DNA from: Candidatus Electrothrix yaqonensis
GTDB lineage: Bacteria > Desulfobacterota > Desulfobulbia > Desulfobulbales > Desulfobulbaceae
Reading direction: 5' to 3'
Length of the DNA: 32,000 bases
Assembly (NCBI GenBank): GCA_047651235.1
Contig: CP178758.1
Span: forward strand, 2,160,001 to 2,192,000
Shown: positions 9,796 to 17,246 of the stretch, in pieces
Layout: each line of letters begins with the position of its first letter
Position numbering within the stretch: the stretch's first letter is position 1
The notes under the pieces: model-generated
Databases searched by the model: none
What the model was told of the DNA's origin: nothing
The model's input: the letters and a program-made list of their open reading frames with translations, nothing else
Made by a program: the position numbers and the translations under genes

Positions 9796-10833
9796 ATGGG
9801 GAAAAGTTCTGCAGACAGACACTCGCTTGCAGGCCGCAGATGGCGGAATTTCAGAAAGAACCGGCGTGGATTCTATAGCCTTCTGCTCTTCGGTACCCTG
9901 TTCCTGCTGTCTCTTTTTGCCGAGGTGCTGAGCAACGACAAACCGCTGCTTGTGGTCTACGAAGGCAGCTCTTATTTTCCCCTGCTCAAAGCATATCCGG
10001 AGACCGTGTTCGGCGGTGATTTTGATACAGAGACGGATTACCGGGATCCGTATATGCTGGACAAGCTCACCACTGGCGGCAATAGGGTCTATTTCCCCCC
10101 GAATCCGTACAGCTACGGTTCCATCAATCTCAGGCTTGACCGGCCGGTTCCGGCGCCGCCGTCAAAGGACAACCTTCTCGGTACAGATGACCGGGGCAGG
10201 GATGTGCTGGCCCGGCTGATTTACGGGTTCCGTCTGTCCGTGCTGTTCGGCTTTGCCCTTACCCTGATCGGCACCCTGACCGGTATTGTTGCCGGAGCAG
10301 TCCAGGGTTATTTCGGCGGCAGAACCGATCTGATCTTCCAGCGTTTCATCGAGATCTGGAGTGCTATGCCGGAACTGTATCTGCTGATTATTTTTGCCTC
10401 GATCTTCAAGCCCAACGTACTTCTGTTGCTGATCTTGCTTTCCCTGTTCGGCTGGATGGGATTGTCCGATTATGTCCGGGCCGAATTTCTCAAAGGGCGG
10501 AATATGGAGTATGTCAAGGCGGCCAAGGCCCTGGGAGTGGGCAATCTGACCATTATGTACCGGCACCTGCTGCCTAATGGCATGACCCCGGTGATCACCT
10601 TTCTGCCGTTCCGGATGTCCGGGGCCATTCTGGCCCTGACCAGTCTGGATTTTCTCGGTCTGGGTGTGCCACCGTCAACCCCGAGCCTCGGCGAGCTGCT
10701 GAATCAGGGCAAGGCGAACATTGAAGCCTGGTGGCTTTCCCTGTCCACCTTTGCCGTGCTGGTCGGTATGCTGGTCCTGCTGATTTTTATTGGAGAGGCC
10801 CTACGAGAGGCGTTTGATCCGCGGAAGCAGTAA
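9796..10833 (+). CDS. yejE: ABC peptide-type importer permease, YejE-like
   Basis: LLGTDDRGRDVLARLIYGFR and the EAA-loop region EYVKAAKALGVGNLTIMYRHLLPN. Start chosen at ATG 9796, which is preceded by GGAAGGGAGA. The track start at 9730 overlaps yejB and lacks an SD. Confidence 0.75.
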   Translation: MGKSSADRHSLAGRRWRNFRKNRRGFYSLLLFGTLFLLSLFAEVLSNDKPLLVVYEGSSYFPLLKAYPETVFGGDFDTETDYRDPYMLDKLTTGGNRVYFPPNPYSYGSINLRLDRPVPAPPSKDNLLGTDDRGRDVLARLIYGFRLSVLFGFALTLIGTLTGIVAGAVQGYFGGRTDLIFQRFIEIWSAMPELYLLIIFASIFKPNVLLLLILLSLFGWMGLSDYVRAEFLKGRNMEYVKAAKALGVGNLTIMYRHLLPNGMTPVITFLPFRMSGAILALTSLDFLGLGVPPSTPSLGELLNQGKANIEAWWLSLSTFAVLVGMLVLLIFIGEALREAFDPRKQ

Positions 10834-10947
10834 GGAACGACGATTTTAATAACTACGGAAAATTGGGTAATTGACAGTCTGTTCTGGCAGAAACTGAACC
10901 AACGTAACAGGCAGTACGCAGGCTGCGCAAGAGAAAATCGGCAACGG

Positions 10948-10977
10948 TTGACAACGGGTGTGCGTACCGGATAAGTT
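10948..10977 (+). promoter_or_regulatory. Sigma70-like promoter candidate (TTGACA-N18-TAAGTT)
   Basis: TTGACA at 10948-10953, an 18-nt spacer, then TAAGTT at 10972-10977. This is ~45 nt upstream of the strong SD at 11011-11018. Confidence 0.3.
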
Positions 10978-11023
10978 GGAGTTAAACCCGTCTGAAATTG
11001 ATTAAATAAAGGGAGAGGAATTC

Positions 11024-11197
11024 ATCACTACCAAACACAAACCGCCGCTGGCCGACCCCCAGCCGCCTGACTCTAAAACAAGCCGTGAAAAGCTGACAAA
11101 GAAAGTCATAGCAGAACTGCGCGAATTTCGGCGCAGACACAAATGCAACGGCCTTTCCATCCGGGATATGCTTGACGTTGACGCATGCAGACGGTGA
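11024..11197 (+). CDS. Candidate 57-aa ORF with a non-canonical ATC start
   Basis: The strong SD AAGGGAGAGG (11009-11018) sits 5 nt before ATC 11024. The frame is open to TGA 11195-11197 (ITTKHKPPLADPQPPDSKTSREKLTKKVIAELREFRRRHKCNGLSIRDMLDVDACRR*). The frame opens only at 11006, after a TAA at 11003-11005, and has no ATG, GTG or TTG start before an internal ATG eight codons from the stop. Confidence 0.25.
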   Translation: MTTKHKPPLADPQPPDSKTSREKLTKKVIAELREFRRRHKCNGLSIRDMLDVDACRR

Positions 11198-11207
11198 GGG
11201 CTGCCCG

Positions 11208-11265
11208 CTATTTATAACTCCGCCCCAACGGCGTCACTGCCTCAAACTGGAGTGGTTCCTGATGC
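11208..11265 (-). pseudogene. Relic of an sdhA/frdA 3' end (last ~18 codons plus stop)
   Basis: The reverse complement reads [18 protein letters not shown]. The intact gene ends [18 protein letters not shown] at 12808-12865. Hand alignment gives ~46/58 identical nt. Confidence 0.75.
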
Positions 11266-11278
11266 TCCCGGAGCGCAA

Positions 11279-11545
11279 TCACTTATCTTTCCGCATAAAA
11301 AACGTCCATATTTCCGTAAGGACACCGGCAAGCAGCAGAATCGGTACGGTAACCGCGAAATTTACATAGAGGAGAATATATATTGCCCCGTAATATTGGT
11401 GGTATTGATCAAGGGAGGCGGTTCCTGAAAGGATACCGGTATATTCTCGGAATCCGAGCAGATGCGCCCCGGCAAACAGCAGAGCAAGCAGGATCGCATA
11501 GGCTGTGAACCGTTGACCGATAAAACGTACAAGCAGCGATTTCAT
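11279..11545 (-). CDS. Small integral membrane protein (88 aa, 2-3 TM)
   Basis: Hydrophobic helices (AYAILLALLFAGAHLL, AIYILLYVNFAVTVPILLLAGVL). Its start overlaps the upstream gene's stop by 1 nt (TAATG), which suggests translational coupling. Confidence 0.6.
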   Translation of the reverse strand: MKSLLVRFIGQRFTAYAILLALLFAGAHLLGFREYTGILSGTASLDQYHQYYGAIYILLYVNFAVTVPILLLAGVLTEIWTFFMRKDK

Positions 11546-12729
11546 TATTTCGTCCTCCTCCGAACTTCATCCCACAGCGGCCCCTCCACCATGGAATACA
11601 GGATTACCGCATCTCCCACCGGATTACTGGCCTGGTACCGCAGGTACCCTTCTTTTTCTTTGGGAAACGCTGCAAAATTGAGCGAGGTCAGTAGCGATGT
11701 GAAAAACTCGGTGTCATCAAAGCCTGCTGCGGCAATAAACGCCAACCCACTGGCACCGGCACTGGCATCAAGCCAGGGAACCACAGGACCTGAGTCCACA
11801 TCCGTCGTGCCCGGAGAACTTTCCGCCCATTCACGGGAATAGCCGAAACCGAGAAAAGAAGCGGCAAGTTCCTTCTTTGCCCGACGATACTGATCCTCCG
11901 CAAAGGCCTTATCCACGATCTGCAGCATATGGCAGGCCATCCAGATGCTGCTTCCCTCAGGGCTGAAGCCGCTCGGAGAGGGTGTTCCGTCTACGCCAAA
12001 GGCGGAGATAAGCAGACCGGTTTTCAGATCGGTCAGTTTCTGTTTTGCTGTTTCAAGCCAAGAAGCGAAGAAGGCCGAGTGATCCGTGCCGTCCAGCACG
12101 TCAGCCATCCGGATGGCGGCAAGACTGACAGTATTACAGAAAATCCAGCATTCATCAGGATAGCTTTCAGCGCATAATACCGGACTCTGCTGCATACGGG
12201 CAATCATGATTTCCACCCGTTCGGCGAGCAGCGGCACGTAAGCAGTTTTTTCTTCCACCAACCTGCGGGCCGCCAGCATCAGGGCGATCTCGCCGTCAAT
12301 AAACTGGCTGCGGGGCGGCCGCATGACCCATGCATCATTATGGCCGTAGCCGAGCAGAAAAGAAGACATCCCCTGCTCACGCTCGATACGTATCGTATTC
12401 TCAAGGATAGTATCCATAATATCCAGCGCCTGCTCTTTATAGCCCGTATCCCTGATTGCCATATTGGCAAGTGCCAGCACAAAATAGGTGCGGCTCATGA
12501 AATCCCATTCCGGATTCCGCTCCTGCATTTTGGCGAGTTCAGCGGCCCGGAGCTGCGGATTCGTCCAGATATCCAAATGACGGGCGGCGATCATGGCGGC
12601 CTTCGGCGGAACTCCTTGGTCGCTGCGATACTGGCTGATGTCCGGCCTGTACAGAAAATGCAAGCACGGCAGCCAGATACCGGCCGCGACACACAACATG
12701 GTACATTTCAATAAAAAGTCTCTCAACAT
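11545..12729 (-). CDS. Membrane-anchored (alpha/alpha)6-barrel-like protein resembling linalool dehydratase/isomerase (Ldi family)
   Basis: N-terminal hydrophobic anchor (CTMLCVAAGIWLPCLHFL). The segment CAESYPDECWIFCNTVSLAAIRMADVLDGTDHSAFFASWLETAKQKLTD aligns by eye with my recollection of the Castellaniella Ldi active-site stretch [46 protein letters not shown]. The assignment is from memory only. Confidence 0.45.
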   Translation of the reverse strand: MLRDFLLKCTMLCVAAGIWLPCLHFLYRPDISQYRSDQGVPPKAAMIAARHLDIWTNPQLRAAELAKMQERNPEWDFMSRTYFVLALANMAIRDTGYKEQALDIMDTILENTIRIEREQGMSSFLLGYGHNDAWVMRPPRSQFIDGEIALMLAARRLVEEKTAYVPLLAERVEIMIARMQQSPVLCAESYPDECWIFCNTVSLAAIRMADVLDGTDHSAFFASWLETAKQKLTDLKTGLLISAFGVDGTPSPSGFSPEGSSIWMACHMLQIVDKAFAEDQYRRAKKELAASFLGFGYSREWAESSPGTTDVDSGPVVPWLDASAGASGLAFIAAAGFDDTEFFTSLLTSLNFAAFPKEKEGYLRYQASNPVGDAVILYSMVEGPLWDEVRRRTK

Positions 12730-12807
12730 ATCAACCTAAAACGTTTTGTAATCCAATGAATTCTACCCCGGATTCTGGTTTCTGAAATTTCGGCAGGCAG
12801 TGCCGGG

Positions 12808-14736
12808 TTATTTGTAACTCCGTTGCGAAGGCGTAACCGCCTCGAACTGGAGCGGCTCCTGATGCAGGAAAGGCCGCTGCCCCACCCCTCTATGCTCCCA
12901 GACAGTCACATGGGAGTAATTTGCATCATCCCGTTTAGCCTCATTCTCCTCGGTCTGGCTTTCCTCGCGCAGATGGCAGCCACAGGACTCTCTGCGCTCC
13001 AGGGCATCAAGCACCATGACCTCAGCGAATTCCAGAAAATCCGCCACCCGTCCGGCTCTCTCCAGAGACTGGTTCAGATCCTGGCCGCTGCCGGGCACGT
13101 ACACGTTGGCGTAAAATTCCTCCCGGATCGCCGGAATCTCGGCCAGGGCTTTAGTCAGTCCGGCCTGATTGCGGGCCATACCGCAGTTGTCCCAGAGCAG
13201 GGCACCGAGTTTACGGTGATAATAATCCACCGGCTGCGTGCCCGCTTTTTTCCAGTCCCGATTACGTAAGAGCCGGGCAATTCGGCCTGCAACCTCCTCT
13301 TCCGCCTCGGCAAAAGCCGGGGCCTCCACAGCAGGACGGTCAAATCCGGCCTGGGCCAGATAATTGCCCATTGTCGCGGGCAGGATGAAATACCCGTCCG
13401 CCAGTCCCTGCATGAGTGCGCTGGCACCGAGCCGGTTGGCCCCGTGATCGGAGAAATTGGCCTCCCCGATGACAAACAGGCCGTCCAGAGTGGACTGGAG
13501 CTGATAGTCTACCCACAAGCCGCCCATGGTGTAATGCACTGCCGGGTAGATCATCATGGGTTCCCTGGCCGGATCAGCAGCAGTGATCTTTTCATACATC
13601 TGGAAGAGGTTGCCGTATTTCTGGAGAATGACTGCCAGCCCGTCCCGCGCAATGGCCTCGGAAAAATCCAGATATACAGCCTGCCCGGTCTTGCCCACAC
13701 CCAAGCCCTGATCGCAGACCTCTTTGGCATTGCGGGAGGCCACGTCACGGGGCACCAGATTGCCGAAACCGGGGTATTTGCGCTCCAGATAGTAATCCCG
13801 GTCCGCTTCCGGGATGTCCGCCGGGCCGCGATGGTCATCTTTGTTTTTCGGCACCCAGACCCGCCCGTCATTACGCAGGCTTTCGCTCATCAGGGTCAGT
13901 TTGGATTGGTAGTCGCCATGCACCGGAATGCAGGTCGGATGAATCTGGACAAAACAGGGATTGGCAAACCCGGCACCCCGCTTATGCGCCCGCCAGGCCG
14001 CCGTGACATTGCAGGCCATTGCGTTGGTGGACAGATAGAAGACATTGCCGTAGCCGCCCGTGGCCAGCACCACTGCGTTGGCTGCGTACCGCTCCAGCTG
14101 GCCGGTGATGAGGTTACGGACAATGATCCCCTGTGCCTTGCCGTTGATGACCACCAGATCCATCATCTCCCGGCGCGGGTAGATGGTGACTTTTCCGGCC
14201 GCGACCTGACGCATCAGGGAGGAATAGGCGCCCAGGAGCAGCTGCTGGCCGGTCTGACCACGAGCATAAAAGGTGCGCGAAACCTGCGCTCCGCCAAAGG
14301 AGCGGTTGGCCAAAGTGCCGCCGTATTCGCGGGCAAAGGGTACGCCCTGAGCAACGCAGTGGTCAATGATCGCGTTGGAAACCTGGGCCAGACGAAAGAC
14401 ATTGGCCTCGCGGGAACGGAAATCCCCGCCCTTGATGGTGTCGTAGAAGAGGCGGAAGATGGAATCGCCGTCGTTCTGGTAATTCTTGGCCGCGTTGATG
14501 CCGCCCTGAGCAGCAATGGAATGGGCCCGACGCGGGCTGTCCTGAATACAGAAGGACTTGACGTTGTAGCCCAGTTCAGCCAGTGAAGCCGCTGCCGAGG
14601 CCCCGGCCAAGCCGGTACCCACCACAATGATTTCGTACTTGCGCCGGTTGGCAGGGCTGACCAGCTTATTGCTGAAGCGGCAGTTATCCCATTTTTCGTG
14701 CAGCGGGCCGGGGGGGATTTTTGGGTCGAGGAACAT
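12808..14736 (-). CDS. sdhA: Succinate dehydrogenase / fumarate reductase flavoprotein subunit (type-B, Bacillus/Wolinella-like)
   Basis: FAD fold [22 protein letters not shown], the covalent-FAD His region [73 protein letters not shown] and [11 protein letters not shown]. It is collinear with B. subtilis SdhA as remembered. Confidence 0.92.
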   Translation of the reverse strand: MFLDPKIPPGPLHEKWDNCRFSNKLVSPANRRKYEIIVVGTGLAGASAAASLAELGYNVKSFCIQDSPRRAHSIAAQGGINAAKNYQNDGDSIFRLFYDTIKGGDFRSREANVFRLAQVSNAIIDHCVAQGVPFAREYGGTLANRSFGGAQVSRTFYARGQTGQQLLLGAYSSLMRQVAAGKVTIYPRREMMDLVVINGKAQGIIVRNLITGQLERYAANAVVLATGGYGNVFYLSTNAMACNVTAAWRAHKRGAGFANPCFVQIHPTCIPVHGDYQSKLTLMSESLRNDGRVWVPKNKDDHRGPADIPEADRDYYLERKYPGFGNLVPRDVASRNAKEVCDQGLGVGKTGQAVYLDFSEAIARDGLAVILQKYGNLFQMYEKITAADPAREPMMIYPAVHYTMGGLWVDYQLQSTLDGLFVIGEANFSDHGANRLGASALMQGLADGYFILPATMGNYLAQAGFDRPAVEAPAFAEAEEEVAGRIARLLRNRDWKKAGTQPVDYYHRKLGALLWDNCGMARNQAGLTKALAEIPAIREEFYANVYVPGSGQDLNQSLERAGRVADFLEFAEVMVLDALERRESCGCHLREESQTEENEAKRDDANYSHVTVWEHRGVGQRPFLHQEPLQFEAVTPSQRSYK

Positions 14737-14876
14737 GGTTTTCAGTCAGGAATTTGTTCAGGGAGGTCGGAAAAATGTCGGGTGAGCTTGCCCTGCCAGC
14801 TGCGGGAGGACACTAAACCGTTGTAGGCTAATACCGCACTTGCTGCAAGCATATTTTTTCCTCGATTGGTTGTTTT

Positions 14877-16187
14877 TCACCAGCTACCTGATGCGCCTCC
14901 GCCACCACTGGACCCACCACTGGACCCACCGCTGGAACCGCCGCTGGAACCGCCGGAGCCGGTTCTTGAACTGCGATTGACACTCGCTATTGTTTGATAG
15001 TACTGATGCTGACAAGTACTGTAAGTACATTTCATGCGGGCCAGTCCGTTGCGGTTGATTGTTGGAGGTCTAACAACTTTTTCTTCCACAGTTACGTATC
15101 TGCATTTCGTACATTTATAATATTTCTTTAACGTCGTCCTCAGCATAGCACGTTTTTTATAATAGCCGCATGACTTGCACTGCCATACGTCATACTCCAC
15201 AGAACCAAGTTCTTCCTCTTTTTTTTCGCCGTCATTCAGCAGACTGCTTTTTTCATCTTTTTTTAGCAGTAGAGTTAATCTGTTATTACATTTCTTGCAC
15301 CGACGGGCACGGAATCTTATATACTGAAAAATATTTCCAGCTACTGGAAAAAGTGCCAACCAACTACAAATAAATAACGTTACAGCTGCATCGCCATGAG
15401 CGATAAATACCATAAAACTTGTGTAAACTTTTGAGTTTGAAAATTGTGCCTGCAAGTTCACAAAACATAAAAAGACCAAGAAGAAAAACGTTGAACCTGT
15501 TGTGATGGCTAAAATATTAGGATATTGTTTTATGCAACGAGTAGCTACCAGAACCGTCAGCAGGAACAGCCCTAAATATAACGGAATCAGATGAACAAAC
15601 TTAGAAATCTGCACTTTTCTCTCCAATGTCCGCAGAAACTTCGGAGCAGAATCTTTCACTCCTTTTGTCTGCTCCGGGTTCTTTTGCAGAATTTCGGCAA
15701 TTCGTTCCGCCCCGCTGATGATCCCCTCGTCAAAATTTCCGGCCTTAAAGGCGGGGATTATATTCTTCGCGATAATATTGCCGCAAAGCCCGTCTGTCAG
15801 CAGCGGTTCCAGCCCGTAGCCGACTTCAATCCGTACCCTACGCTCATTAGGCGCAATCAGAAACAGCACCCCGTTGTTGGTGTCGGCCCGCCCTATGCCC
15901 CATTCGTTGAACAGATTATTGGCGTATTCCTCTATGGTTTCTCCGTGCAGAGAAGAAACGGTCACGATATCCAGTTCCGCCGTGGTCGCCTCAGCGACTC
16001 CGGCAGTTAGCTGCTCCAGTTGCGCTTCCTGCTCCGGTGAAAGCAGAGAGGCAAAATCATAGACACGTTTCCCGGATACGGGCTGGGGATATGCGGAACA
16101 GGCGGGAGCAACCCAGCAAATCAGAGCTGCAAGAAAAACAAGACATGCCAGCCAAGTTGATTGTATCAATAGATGGTACTTTCTCAT
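14877..16187 (-). CDS. TPM-domain (YgcG-like) protein with signal peptide, multi-TM region, cytoplasmic 4xCxxC zinc-ribbon region and Gly/Ser tail
   Basis: TPM pattern: VYDFASLLSPEQEAQLEQL...ELDIVTVSSLHGETIEEYANNLFNEWGIGRADTNNGVLFLIAPNERRVRIEVGYGLEPLLTD. The C-terminal part has ~4 TM helices, then CKKC...CKSC...CTKC...C..C, and ends (GGSS)4GGGGASGSW. Start set at ATG 16187 (MRKYHLL..., preceded by GGAGGG). The upstream 186 nt of the track ORF cover the sdhA relic. Confidence 0.75.
   Translation of the reverse strand: MRKYHLLIQSTWLACLVFLAALICWVAPACSAYPQPVSGKRVYDFASLLSPEQEAQLEQLTAGVAEATTAELDIVTVSSLHGETIEEYANNLFNEWGIGRADTNNGVLFLIAPNERRVRIEVGYGLEPLLTDGLCGNIIAKNIIPAFKAGNFDEGIISGAERIAEILQKNPEQTKGVKDSAPKFLRTLERKVQISKFVHLIPLYLGLFLLTVLVATRCIKQYPNILAITTGSTFFFLVFLCFVNLQAQFSNSKVYTSFMVFIAHGDAAVTLFICSWLALFPVAGNIFQYIRFRARRCKKCNNRLTLLLKKDEKSSLLNDGEKKEEELGSVEYDVWQCKSCGYYKKRAMLRTTLKKYYKCTKCRYVTVEEKVVRPPTINRNGLARMKCTYSTCQHQYYQTIASVNRSSRTGSGGSSGGSSGGSSGGSSGGGGASGSW
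14903..14961 (-). repeat. 12-nt tandem repeat encoding (GGSS)n
   Basis: ccaccactggac x2, then ccaccgctggaa, ccgccgctggaa and ccgccggagcc. This is in-frame coding microsatellite-like repetition at the 3' end of the TPM gene. Confidence 0.8.
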
Positions 16188-16372
16188 TCTGCCCTCCATA
16201 AAAATATTCAGAAAGAATTTAAGTTGCGGGATATTGATCGTACTTAATATCTTGTTGTGAAATATTTTTCTTCGGTCAGCAAGTGGGAATTCTGTTTCGC
16301 AAAAATGAAAGTTAGTACATAGGGAGGAGGGAAAGCCTTTTGGGACGGCCCTGAAATAGGGAGGATCCATCA

Positions 16373-16442
16373 CCTATTCCTGAGGCGGCAGCTGTCCCAT
16401 TTTTCTGCAGCGGTCCGGGGGGATTTTGGGATTCACATAACA
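16373..16442 (-). pseudogene. Relic of an sdhA/frdA 5' end (start codon plus ~23 codons, frameshifted)
   Basis: 16373-16442 aligns with 14665-14736, the first 72 nt of the intact sdhA. The shared core is ctgaRgcggcagYtRtcccattttt(c)gtgcagcggKccggggg(g)gatttttggg...acat. There are two 1-nt indels and roughly 80% identity by hand. Confidence 0.7.
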
Positions 16443-16446
16443 TCTG

Positions 16447-16512
16447 CTCTGTGAATTTTTAGTTACTTGAAAAGCACTTACTCTGTGAATTTAGTTACTT
16501 GAAAAGCACTTA
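16447..16512. repeat. Tandem duplication (34 + 32 nt) spanning the 3' end of the 73-aa gene
   Basis: ctctgtgaatttttagttacttgaaaagcactta (16447-16480) is followed directly by ctctgtgaatttagttacttgaaaagcactta (16481-16512). The second copy contains the last codons and stop of the 16491..16712 gene. Confidence 0.85.
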
Positions 16513-16712
16513 ATATGATATTCGTAAATTTTCTCCTTCTCCTGAAGAGTTAAGTCGTTAACCCACTTTAACTTTTCACTGAAATTCATTTTTCTTGCCT
16601 CTCTCAAAGGACAATTTGGATTTTTTGGATTTTTCCGCCCAACAGGGCATGCTTCTGCCAAAGAGATAAGCATAGCATTATATTCATCTGCAGAATAGCT
16701 ATTTCTTGTCAT
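16491..16712 (-). CDS. Small Cys-containing hypothetical protein (73 aa)
   Basis: AT-rich ORF with CPVGRKNPKNPNCPLR and a C-terminal HIKC. I recognise no family. It is transcribed divergently from the kinase operon. Confidence 0.45.
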   Translation of the reverse strand: MTRNSYSADEYNAMLISLAEACPVGRKNPKNPNCPLREARKMNFSEKLKWVNDLTLQEKEKIYEYHIKCFSSN

Positions 16713-17111
16713 TTTACCGCAATATCAGTTGATTAGCTGCGTAAATCCTTGCAGGCGACGCCAGTCACAGAGCGTTTAAATTCTCATTCCTAAGCAGGCA
16801 AACATGGAAAACCGAATAGTTACTCTGTCAATATCAACCTTTAACTTTTTCTAATTAAAAAGTAAACAGGAAACACCAGTTGACAGGATGGAATGTACCC
16901 ATCCCGGTATCACATTCCAGAATCAAACCGTGCAGCGATACGGGTTACAGAGCGGGGTTGAAGGTACGAATCCCAATTGCCTGTTTTCTCATCTGTCCTC
17001 TGCCCTCTTCAAACCGAACACTTGATTCAGACAGGGTATTTTTTCCGACACAGACTCTGTTACGCGCTGATACTGATTTGAAAATCACGCACCGCCATCA
17101 ACCTCTTGCAT

Positions 17112-17140
17112 CTTGCATTTGCAGGCACGGAACTGTATTC
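17112..17140 (+). promoter_or_regulatory. Sigma70-like promoter candidate for the kinase/ATPase operon (TTGCAT-N17-TATTCT)
   Basis: TTGCAT at 17112-17117, a 17-nt spacer, then TATTCT at 17135-17140. This is ~100 nt upstream of ATG 17247. Confidence 0.3.
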
Positions 17141-17246
17141 TAAAAAATACGCAGCAGGAAAGGAACAGTATGCGTTCTGTATTTTTTATGCTACCCTGCT
17201 TCCGGCGGCAGGAGGAAGGAGACCCAACAGGAGGAGGCGATACAGC

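Noticed and set aside
13444-14586. 380-aa plus-strand ORF, with several 75-148-aa ORFs on both strands, inside the sdhA region
   Set aside because: It lies entirely antisense to a confidently identified, motif-rich sdhA. The translation is low-complexity (G/A/R/H-rich), as expected for shadow frames in GC-rich coding DNA.
14903-14961. Short tandem repeats as a possible CRISPR or mobile-element signature, together with a window-wide search for integrase, transposase and IS ends
   Set aside because: The repeats are 12-nt in-frame coding units for (GGSS)n, with no spacers. No recombinase-like ORF or terminal inverted repeats were found anywhere in the window.
16188-16373. N-terminal 62-codon extension of the TPM ORF given in the track (MMDPPYF...)
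   Set aside because: The extension lacks an SD and has no signal peptide. Its first codon abuts the sdhA 5' relic at 16373. The internal ATG at 16187 has GGAGGG upstream and starts a proper signal peptide.
16945-16995. tRNA-like T-arm (ggtacgaatccc)
   Set aside because: The flanks cannot form the 5-bp T-stem, and no acceptor or anticodon arms can be drawn.
16860-17000. Mn2+/yybP-ykoY-type riboswitch upstream of a cation pump in a Ter context
   Set aside because: Only a GTTGACA-like fragment resembles the conserved core. The GGGGAGTAG and AGCAAGACC-type elements I remember are absent.
17118-17140. Possible sigma-54 promoter (aGGCACGgaacTGTAT)
   Set aside because: The GGCACG element is present, but the -12 element lacks the required GC (TTGC), so the match to TGGCAC-N5-TTGC is insufficient. 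A similar look-alike at ~14780 (TGGCAGGGCAAGC) has the wrong GG-to-GC spacing.
16880-17143. 87-aa plus-strand ORF in the kinase upstream region, and the 65-aa ORF at 11172..11369
   Set aside because: Neither has an SD or any recognisable motif. The TTG-start 11172 ORF reads across the sdhA 3' relic and into the antisense of the 88-aa gene. Both are more likely non-coding.
17106-17246. Upstream extensions of track ORFs: kinase 17106, ggt 7156, yejE 9730
   Set aside because: In each case an internal ATG has a good SD or a stop/start overlap with the preceding gene. The extension encodes non-conserved, low-complexity sequence.
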